A DNA stretch of 64,000 bases from a bacterium. GTDB taxonomy: Bacteria; SAR324; NAC60-12. Position 1 is the first letter of the stretch. The number at the start of each line of letters is the position of its first letter. Below are positions 17,669 through 27,355 of the stretch, in pieces. The position numbers were made by a program, and so were the translations under genes. The stretch lies in assembly GCA_965233585.1 (NCBI GenBank), contig CBDDTI010000745.1, forward strand, positions 64,001-128,000. Reading direction: 5' to 3'. The notes below the pieces were generated by a model. That model had not been told where the DNA came from. It did no database searches and saw nothing but the letters and a program-made list of their open reading frames with translations.

Positions 17669-19516
17669 ATGAATTTAGAGTCAAATTTTTTCCGTCCTGT
17701 CAGGCAGTTTTTTCAAACTGACATCTTCCAATCCCGCCCTTCCTCCGATATTCCTAACACATTATGGACATTCATTTGGTATTACACTTGCCAATTTAAA
17801 GCACTTTTGTTGGCGATGGTCTTTCTATATGGTGGCTTAGCCATCACCAATAGCACTTTGTTTTGGTATGTGGGGGAATTGGTGCAAGATGGTCAATACA
17901 CATTGGCAATGATTGTTTTAGGGGTAGGTGTCATGCTCGGTTGGCTTTGCTTTCACTTCTTATCTGACGTGACCAATCTTTTGGTTTTTAGACCTTACAT
18001 GAGCAATCGCATCTTCCGTCAACTTTACTGGCATACTTGCAAACACAGCATTGCTTATTTCCAAAATGACTTTTCTGGCAGGCTTTCTACCAAAGTCAAT
18101 CAAACTGCCAATTCTGTGCGTGAATTTATTTTGACCGTGGTGAACGTCTTTTTATACATTGGCACGTTTTTCATCACCAACATCTGGTTCATGCAGAGAG
18201 TACACATGGCTTTTGCAGTCGCTCCTCTTCTTTGGGGAATTGGGTTTATCATCGTCATCAAGTGGCTTTCTTCTAAGTTGCGTCGGCGTGCCAAAGAACA
18301 AGCAGAAAGCACCAGCATTTTAAGAGGACATGTCGTAGATAGCTTTTCTAACATCATTGCCACCAAATATTTCAATCGCGGGGACTTTGAAGAAAGCCGC
18401 ATGATTCGCTTGTTAGAAAACCAGAGTCATGCCAACTTTAGAACGATGTCTGTCATGTGGTCTATCAGCACCCTCGTCAATGTCTTGAATACCTTTTTAT
18501 TGACTGCCACCGTGGCTGTTGGATACTGGTTGATTGAGTATCAACAAATCGTGGGCATTGAAAGTTTAGCCATGACTCTTCCTATGATTTTACAATCAGT
18601 CATGCAGTCCAGAAGATTGATGTTTGAAGCCTCTCGCTTGTCAGAAACAGTTGGCACGATAGAAGATGGCGTTCACACCTTGCTTGTTCCACACACCGTG
18701 CAAGATGAACCTCATGCCAAAGACTTGCTTATCACTCCACAAACGGCATCTATTGAATTTCAAAACGTCTGTTTTGCTTATCACCAAGCCAGTGAACCTG
18801 TTTTGAAGGATTTTCATCTGACAATCAAAGCGGGGGAAAAAGTTGGTTTGGTTGGGTCAAGTGGTGCAGGGAAAACAACACTCATCAATCTCATTTTACG
18901 TTCTTACGACATTGATTCAGGTCAGATTTTGGTAGCAAACCAAGACATTGCTCACCTCAAACAAAATCATCTACGTTCTCATATCAGCATCATCACGCAA
19001 GAAAGCTACCTATTCAATCGGAGTGTCAAAGACAACATTGCTTACGGAAGAAGCGATGTGAGTGATGATGAAATCATTGATGCGGCAAAACAAGCCTTTG
19101 CACATGAATTTATCATGGAACTGCTAGACCATCGTGGAAACAAAGGCTACGATGCAAGAGTTGGCGAACGGGGCGTCAAACTGTCAGGCGGACAAAAACA
19201 AAGGCTTAACATTGCACGTTCCATTCTTAAAAATGCCACAATCCTTTTGATGGACGAGGCAACCTCTGCTCTTGATAGCGAAAGTGAGTATGCCATTCAA
19301 CAAGCTCTGTCTTCTATCATACAAGGTAAGACTGTTTTGATGATTGCGCATCGGTTAAGCACTTTGTTATTGATGGACAAATTGGTTGTCATGGATCAAG
19401 GACAAATTGTAGAAATGGGGTCGCATCAAGAACTCCTTCAAAAAACTGACGGAATCTATGCAAAACTTTGGGCGATGCAGTCAGGGGGCTTTCTTCCTGA
19501 ACCTGACACGTTGTAA
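17669..19516 (+). CDS. ABC exporter, fused permease/ATPase
   Basis: TM domain plus Walker A GSSGAGKT, signature LSGGQKQR, Walker B LLMDEATSALD, IAHRLST. Confidence 0.92.
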   Translation: MNLESNFFRPVRQFFQTDIFQSRPSSDIPNTLWTFIWYYTCQFKALLLAMVFLYGGLAITNSTLFWYVGELVQDGQYTLAMIVLGVGVMLGWLCFHFLSDVTNLLVFRPYMSNRIFRQLYWHTCKHSIAYFQNDFSGRLSTKVNQTANSVREFILTVVNVFLYIGTFFITNIWFMQRVHMAFAVAPLLWGIGFIIVIKWLSSKLRRRAKEQAESTSILRGHVVDSFSNIIATKYFNRGDFEESRMIRLLENQSHANFRTMSVMWSISTLVNVLNTFLLTATVAVGYWLIEYQQIVGIESLAMTLPMILQSVMQSRRLMFEASRLSETVGTIEDGVHTLLVPHTVQDEPHAKDLLITPQTASIEFQNVCFAYHQASEPVLKDFHLTIKAGEKVGLVGSSGAGKTTLINLILRSYDIDSGQILVANQDIAHLKQNHLRSHISIITQESYLFNRSVKDNIAYGRSDVSDDEIIDAAKQAFAHEFIMELLDHRGNKGYDARVGERGVKLSGGQKQRLNIARSILKNATILLMDEATSALDSESEYAIQQALSSIIQGKTVLMIAHRLSTLLLMDKLVVMDQGQIVEMGSHQELLQKTDGIYAKLWAMQSGGFLPEPDTL

Positions 19517-19543
19517 GCAACAGTGTTCAAAGGATTGCTTGAG

Positions 19544-20560
19544 ATGCTGTTCAAATGTCTCCAATTCCTTACCTTCCTTTTCCTTTTTCATCTTTTTTTG
19601 AAACAGACAGCCGATGCTACTGAGTATGGAGGGCTGGAGTGTTTTACTGTTGCATTGGCAGAGGGTTATGTTCCAGGGGCAGGTTATCTTTACACGAGGC
19701 AATGGGATAAAGTGGCAGTCTTTGGCTCTGTCCGTTGGTTAGCAAGACTCAAAAAAAGTGAGTTACAAGCAAAAGATGACTTCCAAAAGAACGTTGAGAA
19801 TAAGTACATTGAATATTTAGAACACCAAGAGACTGATGATGATGAAAATCCCGGAAGAACACATTACTTTTTCAATCGTTCTACTATGGACTTTCACGCT
19901 TACGATAACTTTGACGCCAAGATGGGTTGGGGAACAGGCTGGGATATTTATGCCCACGACTGCCAAAACAGCCCAGAGGTTTATGGTGTTATTGCCTCTC
20001 CTTTTGATGTCAAGCATTGGTATAGCAACTGGATGGTCTGGACGGGACTGGCTGTTGCCGTTTATGTAGGTATGAACAATGATGAATATCTCCATTTAGG
20101 AAGTGGTGCAACCCTCCAAGACTATTTGCAAGGGCAAACGTTTAGCTCAGTTGCCAATGGTTTTGGTGAAGAAGCTCTTTTGAGGGGCAGGATTCAAAAA
20201 GGCATGTCCGATTTTTTTGGTAATAGGCATATTGGCATTTGGGCGTCAAACTTTCTTTTCATGCTTCTTGACCATCAATACGGCATGCAAAATAGATTGG
20301 GTAACGCTTTAGTGGGTGTCTATTTCGGATATGTTTACCAGCCTAGTGACCAAGAACATGACTTAAAATCTGCTGTGGCACTGCACAGCTGGTGGAGCTT
20401 TATCCTCTATTCTTACCGTGCTAAGATGTACGAAGAACGTCAGGAGGCTTTTGATACTGCAAAAGATGGTAAGGAACTCACCAGAGACTTTTATGCAAGG
20501 CAAACCAAAATCCGTCAGACTCAAAAGTTTCAATTCATCAACTGGACTCTCACATTTTAA
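19544..20560 (+). CDS. CPBP (CAAX/Abi-family) intramembrane glutamic protease-like protein, copy 1
   Basis: EEALLRG, ALHSWWS; N-terminal PGAGYLY motif; paralog of 20684-21688. Confidence 0.7.
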   Translation: MLFKCLQFLTFLFLFHLFLKQTADATEYGGLECFTVALAEGYVPGAGYLYTRQWDKVAVFGSVRWLARLKKSELQAKDDFQKNVENKYIEYLEHQETDDDENPGRTHYFFNRSTMDFHAYDNFDAKMGWGTGWDIYAHDCQNSPEVYGVIASPFDVKHWYSNWMVWTGLAVAVYVGMNNDEYLHLGSGATLQDYLQGQTFSSVANGFGEEALLRGRIQKGMSDFFGNRHIGIWASNFLFMLLDHQYGMQNRLGNALVGVYFGYVYQPSDQEHDLKSAVALHSWWSFILYSYRAKMYEERQEAFDTAKDGKELTRDFYARQTKIRQTQKFQFINWTLTF

Positions 20561-20564
20561 TCGT

Positions 20565-20711
20565 ATGAAACTCAAAACATTATTTTTACCCTTTAAACAA
20601 CTGTTGTCTGTCATCTCTTCAATGGCAACTTTGTCTTGCACACTGAGCTATGACCCTTTAAGCCAAAGAAAAAACTGTTTGAGATGCTGTTCAAATGTCT
20701 CCAATTCTTGA
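20565..20711 (+). pseudogene. Truncated duplicate of the 5' end of the lipoprotein gene at 21693
   Basis: MKLKTLFLPFKQLLSVISSMATLSCTLSYDPL matches MKFKTLLLPLKRLLSIIPSMATLSCTLTYDPL, then diverges at the duplication junction. Confidence 0.8.
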
Positions 20712-21688
20712 CCTTTCTGTTCTTTCTCAATGGTCTTTTGAAACAGACAACCGATGCGGCTGAATATGGGAAAGTAGAGTGTTTTTCTGCTGCAGTGGTA
20801 GAGGTTTTTATCCCAGGAGTCGGTTATCTTTACACGGGACAATGGGATAAGGTGGCAGTCTTTGGCTCTGCTCGTTGGGTAGCAAAAGTCAAAAAAAGTG
20901 AGTTACAAGAGAACGATGACTTTCAAGAAGACATCTTGAGTTTGGAATACCAAGAGACTGGTGATGATGAAAATCCCGGAAGAACGCATGGCTTCTTGAA
21001 TCGTTCTACCATGAATTTTGACGCTTATGACAACTTTGACGTCAAAATAGGTTGGGGAACAGGCTGGGATATTTATGCCCACGACTGCCAAAACAGCCCA
21101 GAGGTTTATGATGTCATTGCTTCTCCTTTTGATATAGGGCATTGGTATGACAACTGGATGGTTTGGACGGGGCTGGCGGTTGTCATTTATTCAGGCATGA
21201 ACAGCGATGAATACCTCCACTTAGGAGGTGGTGCAACCCGTGAAGAATATTTACAAGGGCAGGTGTTCAGCTCATTGATTGCCAATGGTTTTGGTGAAGA
21301 AGCCCTTTTTAGAGGTGGACTGCAAAAGTCTCTGTTTGATTGGTCTGGCAATCGGCATGTTGCTATCTGGACGTCAAACGTTGTTTTTGGGCTTGCCCAT
21401 CAGACACACAACACACAGGACAAAATTGGTGCCGCCTTGATTGGTGTCTATTTCGGATATATTTACCAACCTAACGAGCAGGAATATGATTTAAAATCTG
21501 CTGTGGCTTTGCACGGCTGGTGGAACTTTATTCTCAATTATTATCGTGCTAAGATGTATGAAGAACGTCAGGAGGCTTTTGATACTGCAAAAGATGGTAA
21601 GGAACTTACCAGAGACTTTTATGCAAGGCAAACCAGAATACGGCAGACTCAAAAATTTCAACTCATCAACTGGACTCTCACATTTTAA
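20684..21688 (+). CDS. CPBP (CAAX/Abi-family) intramembrane glutamic protease-like protein, copy 2
   Basis: Canonical EEALFRG, FGLAH and ALHGWWN motifs. Confidence 0.78.
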   Translation: MLFKCLQFLTFLFFLNGLLKQTTDAAEYGKVECFSAAVVEVFIPGVGYLYTGQWDKVAVFGSARWVAKVKKSELQENDDFQEDILSLEYQETGDDENPGRTHGFLNRSTMNFDAYDNFDVKIGWGTGWDIYAHDCQNSPEVYDVIASPFDIGHWYDNWMVWTGLAVVIYSGMNSDEYLHLGGGATREEYLQGQVFSSLIANGFGEEALFRGGLQKSLFDWSGNRHVAIWTSNVVFGLAHQTHNTQDKIGAALIGVYFGYIYQPNEQEYDLKSAVALHGWWNFILNYYRAKMYEERQEAFDTAKDGKELTRDFYARQTRIRQTQKFQLINWTLTF

Positions 21689-21692
21689 TCGT

Positions 21693-22334
21693 ATGAAATT
21701 CAAAACACTACTTTTACCCCTCAAACGTTTGTTATCAATTATCCCTTCAATGGCAACTTTGTCTTGCACACTGACCTATGACCCTTTAAACCAAGATTAT
21801 GAGAAGATCCAATTCACTGTCAAAGGGCAATGTGCAGAAATGTCTGGCGTGATTGATAGTCAGATCTTGGACAAACTGAAAGCACTCAAAAAAGACGCCC
21901 CTCAAGTTCATACCATCATCATGCTTGACGTACCCGGGTCATTAGATGACGATGCCAATCTTGAGGCTGCTGATTACATTCGTAGCAAAGGGTTCAACAC
22001 ACATTTACCTGCACATGCCGAGATTTCTTCTGGTGGGACAGACTTCTTTTTGGCAGGGGTTCAAAGGAGTGTTGAAAAAGGAGCAAAAGTAGGTGTACAT
22101 TCTTGGGCAGGACAAGACGATGACGGCAACTGGATTTTTGCCAAAGACATTCCCAAAGATGATGAATCTCACCAACTATTTCTTGACTATTACAAAAAGA
22201 TAGGAATCTCTGAAGATTTTTATTGGTTCACTTTAGACGCAGCACCTGCTGATGACATACATTGGATGAACTGGGAAGAGATGCAAAAATATTCAGTCTT
22301 CAATTCATCAACCCCTCCCAACTGCAAAGAATAA
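21693..22334 (+). CDS. Putative lipoprotein with ClpP/crotonase-like fold (COG3904-like)
   Basis: Lipobox-like ATLSC; MSGVID, PGS.DD.ANL, SSGGTDFFLAG..R, GVHSW motifs. Confidence 0.65.
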   Translation: MKFKTLLLPLKRLLSIIPSMATLSCTLTYDPLNQDYEKIQFTVKGQCAEMSGVIDSQILDKLKALKKDAPQVHTIIMLDVPGSLDDDANLEAADYIRSKGFNTHLPAHAEISSGGTDFFLAGVQRSVEKGAKVGVHSWAGQDDDGNWIFAKDIPKDDESHQLFLDYYKKIGISEDFYWFTLDAAPADDIHWMNWEEMQKYSVFNSSTPPNCKE

Positions 22335-22378
22335 AGCCATTCTGGAAAGCCTGATTCCTCACTTTTTCCTCACTCCCC

Positions 22379-22790
22379 CGTCATTGCTCACCTTGACCCG
22401 CAATCTCCCTTCGTTTCATTCTGTTTTCACTCGTTTTTGAGATTCCGTGTCAGGCACCGAATGACAATAGTTGTCATTCCTGCGAAAGCTCCGAATCTAT
22501 GCTTGGTTTGGTGATAGATTCCGTGTCAGGCACGGAATGACTTAGAAGGTGCAGGCTTATCTTTTCGTCATTGCGGGCTTGACCCGCAATCTCACTCTTG
22601 TTTTTTGAGATTCCGTTCAAGCAAGGAATGACGGAGGGCGTTTGCAGGCTTGACCTGCAATCTCTTCTTTTCTCAATCTTCCCTTTTTCTTTTCTTCGTT
22701 GTAGGCTCGTTTTTTTGTCATTCCTGCGAAAGCAAGAATCCAGTCATGTAGGAATCTGTGCTATGTTGACGATGGATTCCGTGTCAAGCA
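22379..22790. repeat. Cluster 2 of CGTC-tagged palindromic elements, abutting the broken cas1
   Basis: cgtcattgcgggcttgacccgcaatct, gtcattcctgcgaaagc, gattccgtgtcaggcacggaatgac; the last element stops mid-palindrome at 22790. Confidence 0.88.
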
Positions 22791-23233
22791 GAGTGAAGGC
22801 AGATTCTATTAATTGTTTGCTGGATATTGGCTATACTTTGTTGTTTAACTTGATTGAGGCTCTTTTGCAGATTTACGGGTTTGATTTGTATCGTGGTGTG
22901 TATCACAAAGAGTTTTTTCAACGCAAGGCGTTGGTTTGTGATTTGATAGAGCCGTTCCGTCCTTTGATTGATTACAGGACACGCAAGGCGTATCAGCTGG
23001 GACAAGTGAAAGAAGAAGATTTTAAGGTCATCAACAATCAATATAAACTTTTTGGCAAAGACGCCAAGCCTTACACTCAACTTTATATGGAGGTTTTGCT
23101 GGAGTATAAGATAGAGATGTTTTTGTATATGCAAAGTTATTATCGTTCTTTTATGAGGGACAAGCCCATTGCGGACTACCCTGTTTTTAGCATGAGGCGT
23201 CAGGCAAAGAATGAAACCAAGCAAATTCAATAG
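22790..23233 (+). pseudogene. cas1: 3' half of a type V-A-associated Cas1; N-terminal half missing
   Basis: RVKADSINCLLDIGYTLLFN...GFDLYRGVYH...ALVCDLIEPFR is the Cas1 catalytic C-terminal region. Upstream in-frame sequence is REP DNA. Confidence 0.88.
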
Positions 23234-23245
23234 AGGAGGTATGAC

Positions 23246-23521
23246 ATGTTGATTGTGACGTATGATATTTCAGAGACACCTTTGCGGACAAGGTTCTCAG
23301 AGTTTCTTAAAAAATTTGGCTACCGTCTGCAATATTCAGTCTTTGAGATTGAAAATAGCAAACGAATTTTGGACTTGATTGAAACGCAGATAGAGACAGA
23401 CTTTAGCAAATCGTTTAGCCAGTCAGACAGCATCATCATTTTTAATTTAAGCCAACAATGCAAAATCACACGTTTTGGTTATGCCAAAAATGATGAGTCT
23501 GATTTGATAATGATCTCTTGA
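23246..23521 (+). CDS. cas2: CRISPR-associated Cas2
   Basis: MLIVTYDIS...LKKFGYRLQYSVFE; GGAGG RBS; lies between cas1 and the array. Confidence 0.95.
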   Translation: MLIVTYDISETPLRTRFSEFLKKFGYRLQYSVFEIENSKRILDLIETQIETDFSKSFSQSDSIIIFNLSQQCKITRFGYAKNDESDLIMIS

Positions 23522-23794
23522 CTTGTGAGATAAGAACGTTTAGAATGGCTGACTTGTCTATTAGGCTAAAGTCTATCGTGCTTTTTTAGGCAATTTTGGT
23601 CGCACTTTTAAAAGCCTTCTTTGGGTCTTGACTGTTGTCAATGTGTGGGGTGCGAAGTGAGGAGTGATACCGCTGATGGATCGCTTCTTTCTTGAAAAAT
23701 TGCAAACCTCGGTCTTAATGGCAGAAATCGCTCAAAATTCGCACTTTTGTCTTTGTTTTTTCACCAAGATATGCGGGTTGCAGGCATGTTATCT
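23522..23794 (+). promoter_or_regulatory. CRISPR leader
   Basis: Non-coding 273 bp between cas2 and the first repeat; the only variant repeat is at the far end of the array. Confidence 0.75.
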
Positions 23795-26716
23795 GTCTAA
23801 TAGACTTATTTAATTTCTACTGTTGTAGATACAGATTAGTTTTCAATTTGTCAAAAAAGTCTAATAGACTTATTTAATTTCTACTGTTGTAGATATTTTG
23901 TTTCCTTTAGTTTAAATTTTGTCTAATAGACTTATTTAATTTCTACTGTTGTAGATAAAAAATGAAACATGTTGTTCTCCTTGTCTAATAGACTTATTTA
24001 ATTTCTACTGTTGTAGATTAATTGGGACTTCAGGCAGTGAATCGTCTAATAGACTTATTTAATTTCTACTGTTGTAGATGGATTCTCTGAAAGCTGGAAA
24101 AGTAAGTCTAATAGACTTATTTAATTTCTACTGTTGTAGATATCATCTGTGTCTTTCATTAGATGATGGTCTAATAGACTTATTTAATTTCTACTGTTGT
24201 AGATCCTTTAGTTTTATGGTTGTTAAAATCATGTCTAATAGACTTATTTAATTTCTACTGTTGTAGATTTGAATCGGATTGACTGATTCAATGTTGTCTA
24301 ATAGACTTATTTAATTTCTACTGTTGTAGATGCTTCAGCTTTTTCTCGCTCTTGATAAAGTCTAATAGACTTATTTAATTTCTACTGTTGTAGATCAAAT
24401 ATTGAGACTAATGATGTTAATGTCTAATAGACTTATTTAATTTCTACTGTTGTAGATAAATGACAGTTTGCCGTTGATTCATCTGCGTCTAATAGACTTA
24501 TTTAATTTCTACTGTTGTAGATCATAGTGCATAAATTGCAATATTCGTGTCTAATAGACTTATTTAATTTCTACTGTTGTAGATTTCACAGAAAAAGAAA
24601 GGACTAATTTGTCTAATAGACTTATTTAATTTCTACTGTTGTAGATATGAGGTATTCTACTCTAATACCGTCGTCTAATAGACTTATTTAATTTCTACTG
24701 TTGTAGATACAGACCTACGCCTTTAAATTTTGATGTCTAATAGACTTATTTAATTTCTACTGTTGTAGATTTGGTGTAAACAATGCAGGATTTGCCTGTC
24801 TAATAGACTTATTTAATTTCTACTGTTGTAGATAAACCTAGATGCGTCAAAATTTAAGGGTCTAATAGACTTATTTAATTTCTACTGTTGTAGATACTTA
24901 TCTTATATTCTTTTCAAGTCGTCTAATAGACTTATTTAATTTCTACTGTTGTAGATAGGTAAACATGAAAGAAAAACTAAACGAGTCTAATAGACTTATT
25001 TAATTTCTACTGTTGTAGATAACAGCTCCAACCTAGTAATATAGTTTTTGTCTAATAGACTTATTTAATTTCTACTGTTGTAGATAACACTAGTTTTACA
25101 TCATACATATTGTCTAATAGACTTATTTAATTTCTACTGTTGTAGATATAGTCCGCCTTTTAATAATATTCAAAGTCTAATAGACTTATTTAATTTCTAC
25201 TGTTGTAGATGTGGTATGAGTCTTTTGGTTTTGAGCGTCTAATAGACTTATTTAATTTCTACTGTTGTAGATATCTATAAAAACCTTCAAGACTTAGAAG
25301 TCTAATAGACTTATTTAATTTCTACTGTTGTAGATAGAAGTCAGGAAAATAGTTACTTGACCGTCTAATAGACTTATTTAATTTCTACTGTTGTAGATAG
25401 AAGTCAGGAAAATAGTTACTTGACCGTCTAATAGACTTATTTAATTTCTACTGTTGTAGATCACGTCCAAACCAGTAATCTTAAAATGTCTAATAGACTT
25501 ATTTAATTTCTACTGTTGTAGATAGTGGGGGGTCTGGGGGATTCATCCCCCGTCTAATAGACTTATTTAATTTCTACTGTTGTAGATCTACCCCGTCCAA
25601 CACCAACCCGATAGCGTCTAATAGACTTATTTAATTTCTACTGTTGTAGATGTGATCTTTGCACTCTCGCTAAACTTGTCTAATAGACTTATTTAATTTC
25701 TACTGTTGTAGATAGTACTCAACCCTAAAACGATCTATTGGTCTAATAGACTTATTTAATTTCTACTGTTGTAGATAAATATGTATATCATCAACCCGCT
25801 AATGTCTAATAGACTTATTTAATTTCTACTGTTGTAGATATAGCTACCCAGCCCCCATCATACCCACGTCTAATAGACTTATTTAATTTCTACTGTTGTA
25901 GATGCCATCATGCCTGCCTGTTGATGAGAGTCTAATAGACTTATTTAATTTCTACTGTTGTAGATTGCACTGAATAGTGAGAGTAAAGTCGTGTCTAATA
26001 GACTTATTTAATTTCTACTGTTGTAGATCGTTTAACAGATTAAACAAAATCAAGGTCTAATAGACTTATTTAATTTCTACTGTTGTAGATATTCCTGAAA
26101 TGTTTTTGATTTTTCGAGTCTAATAGACTTATTTAATTTCTACTGTTGTAGATATACAGAAGACATTGACATATATCTAGTCTAATAGACTTATTTAATT
26201 TCTACTGTTGTAGATAAATCAAAGAAGGCGTAAGCCACTATGGTCTAATAGACTTATTTAATTTCTACTGTTGTAGATTGGGATGATGATACAGATGACT
26301 CTTTTGTCTAATAGACTTATTTAATTTCTACTGTTGTAGATCGTTTAACAGATTAAACAAAATCAAGGTCTAATAGACTTATTTAATTTCTACTGTTGTA
26401 GATATTCCTGAAATGTTTTTGATTTTTCGAGTCTAATAGACTTATTTAATTTCTACTGTTGTAGATATACAGAAGACATTGACATATATCTAGTCTAATA
26501 GACTTATTTAATTTCTACTGTTGTAGATAAATCAAAGAAGGCGTAAGCCACTATGGTCTAATAGACTTATTTAATTTCTACTGTTGTAGATTGGGATGAT
26601 GATACAGATGACTCTTTTGTCTAATAGACTTATTTAATTTCTACTGTTGTAGATATAGTTTTTACCTTTATTTAAAGTTAGTCTAATAGACCTATTTAAT
26701 TTCTACTGTTGTAGAT
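23795..26716 (+). CRISPR. Type V-A (Cas12a-type) array: 47 x 36-nt repeat GTCTAATAGACTTATTTAATTTCTACTGTTGTAGAT, 46 spacers of about 25-29 nt
   Basis: Counted directly. The 3' 19 nt AATTTCTACTGTTGTAGAT is the conserved Cas12a crRNA handle. The terminal repeat (26681-26716) has one T>C change. Confidence 0.98.
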
Positions 26717-26880
26717 AAGATATGGGGTGAAATTATAATAGAGAAATTTTTGCATTTTCAAATTTTTTCAAAATAAGCTAACAGTAAAAAATCAGTTTCC
26801 ATAAAATTATGTTACTTAATTTTTATCTTTAAATCTCAAAACCTAAATCATCTTTTTTAGCATCAAGTAAGCCTTTTTAT

Positions 26881-27132
26881 TTATATTTTTTCAAACATAA
26901 TTTCAAATAATTTTAAAAAAATTTTCAGAATTTTATAGTCTCTTTCGTATAGTTCAAAGATGTTTTTATTTGCTTTGAATAAGTTACGCTTTTTACAATC
27001 TTTGACTAAATTATCAATAGCGTCTGGTTTCTCTTTTGAATTTGAAATCTTGTGTTCCCATTCAATAGAATCTTTCAATCCATAATAGGCATATGAATCA
27101 TCAGAATTGACCAAAAGTTTGTTTTCTCTCAA
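26881..27132 (-). pseudogene. Very AT-rich ORF fragment of unknown function downstream of the array
   Basis: 83-aa K/I/N-rich ORF with TTG start and an in-frame stop shortly upstream; surrounded by decayed coding-like DNA. Confidence 0.35.
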
Positions 27133-27256
27133 TAAACTTGAAGGAGATAAGTCCCTTTCTATAAATCAAGACGTTGTAACAATACCTGTAACAAATCAAC
27201 AATGAAAAAACTTTTAAAACCTCAAGAAACTTTTGATGTGAAGAAGTATGGTTTTA

Positions 27257-27355
27257 GCTTAAGTGTTCTTAGCTTGAGAACAGCGGTCAAGCTTAAATGG
27301 TTGAGACATTGTTTTGAGCGCTTAAGCGTTCTTAGCTTGAGAACAGCGGTCAAGC
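27257..27355. repeat. 36-bp direct repeat pair (1 mismatch) separated by a 27-bp unique insert
   Basis: gcttaag(t/c)gttcttagcttgagaacagcggtcaagc at 27257-27292 and 27320-27355; the second copy contains the stop and last codons of the dehydrogenase gene. Confidence 0.92.

Noticed and set aside
22598..22789. N-terminal 64 aa of the 211-aa ORF as a novel Cas1 fusion domain
   Set aside because: It is translated palindromic-repeat DNA that happens to be in frame with the cas1 remnant.
23551..23576. gtctattag/aagtctat in the leader as an anti-repeat or tracrRNA
   Set aside because: Only 8-10 nt match a self-complementary part of the repeat, and Cas12a-type systems need no tracrRNA.
24709..24859. 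Spacers 15 and 17 as overlapping opposite-strand protospacers
   Set aside because: They share only an 11-nt AT-rich core (ttaaattttga) with mismatched flanks; plausible by chance.
25211..25236. Spacer 23 targeting the 27-bp insert at 27293-27319
   Set aside because: Shared gttttgagc end, but the rest needs gaps and mismatches; not a credible protospacer.
23795..26716. Self-targeting spacers within the window
   Set aside because: No convincing match seen by eye; a proper alignment is needed to exclude it.
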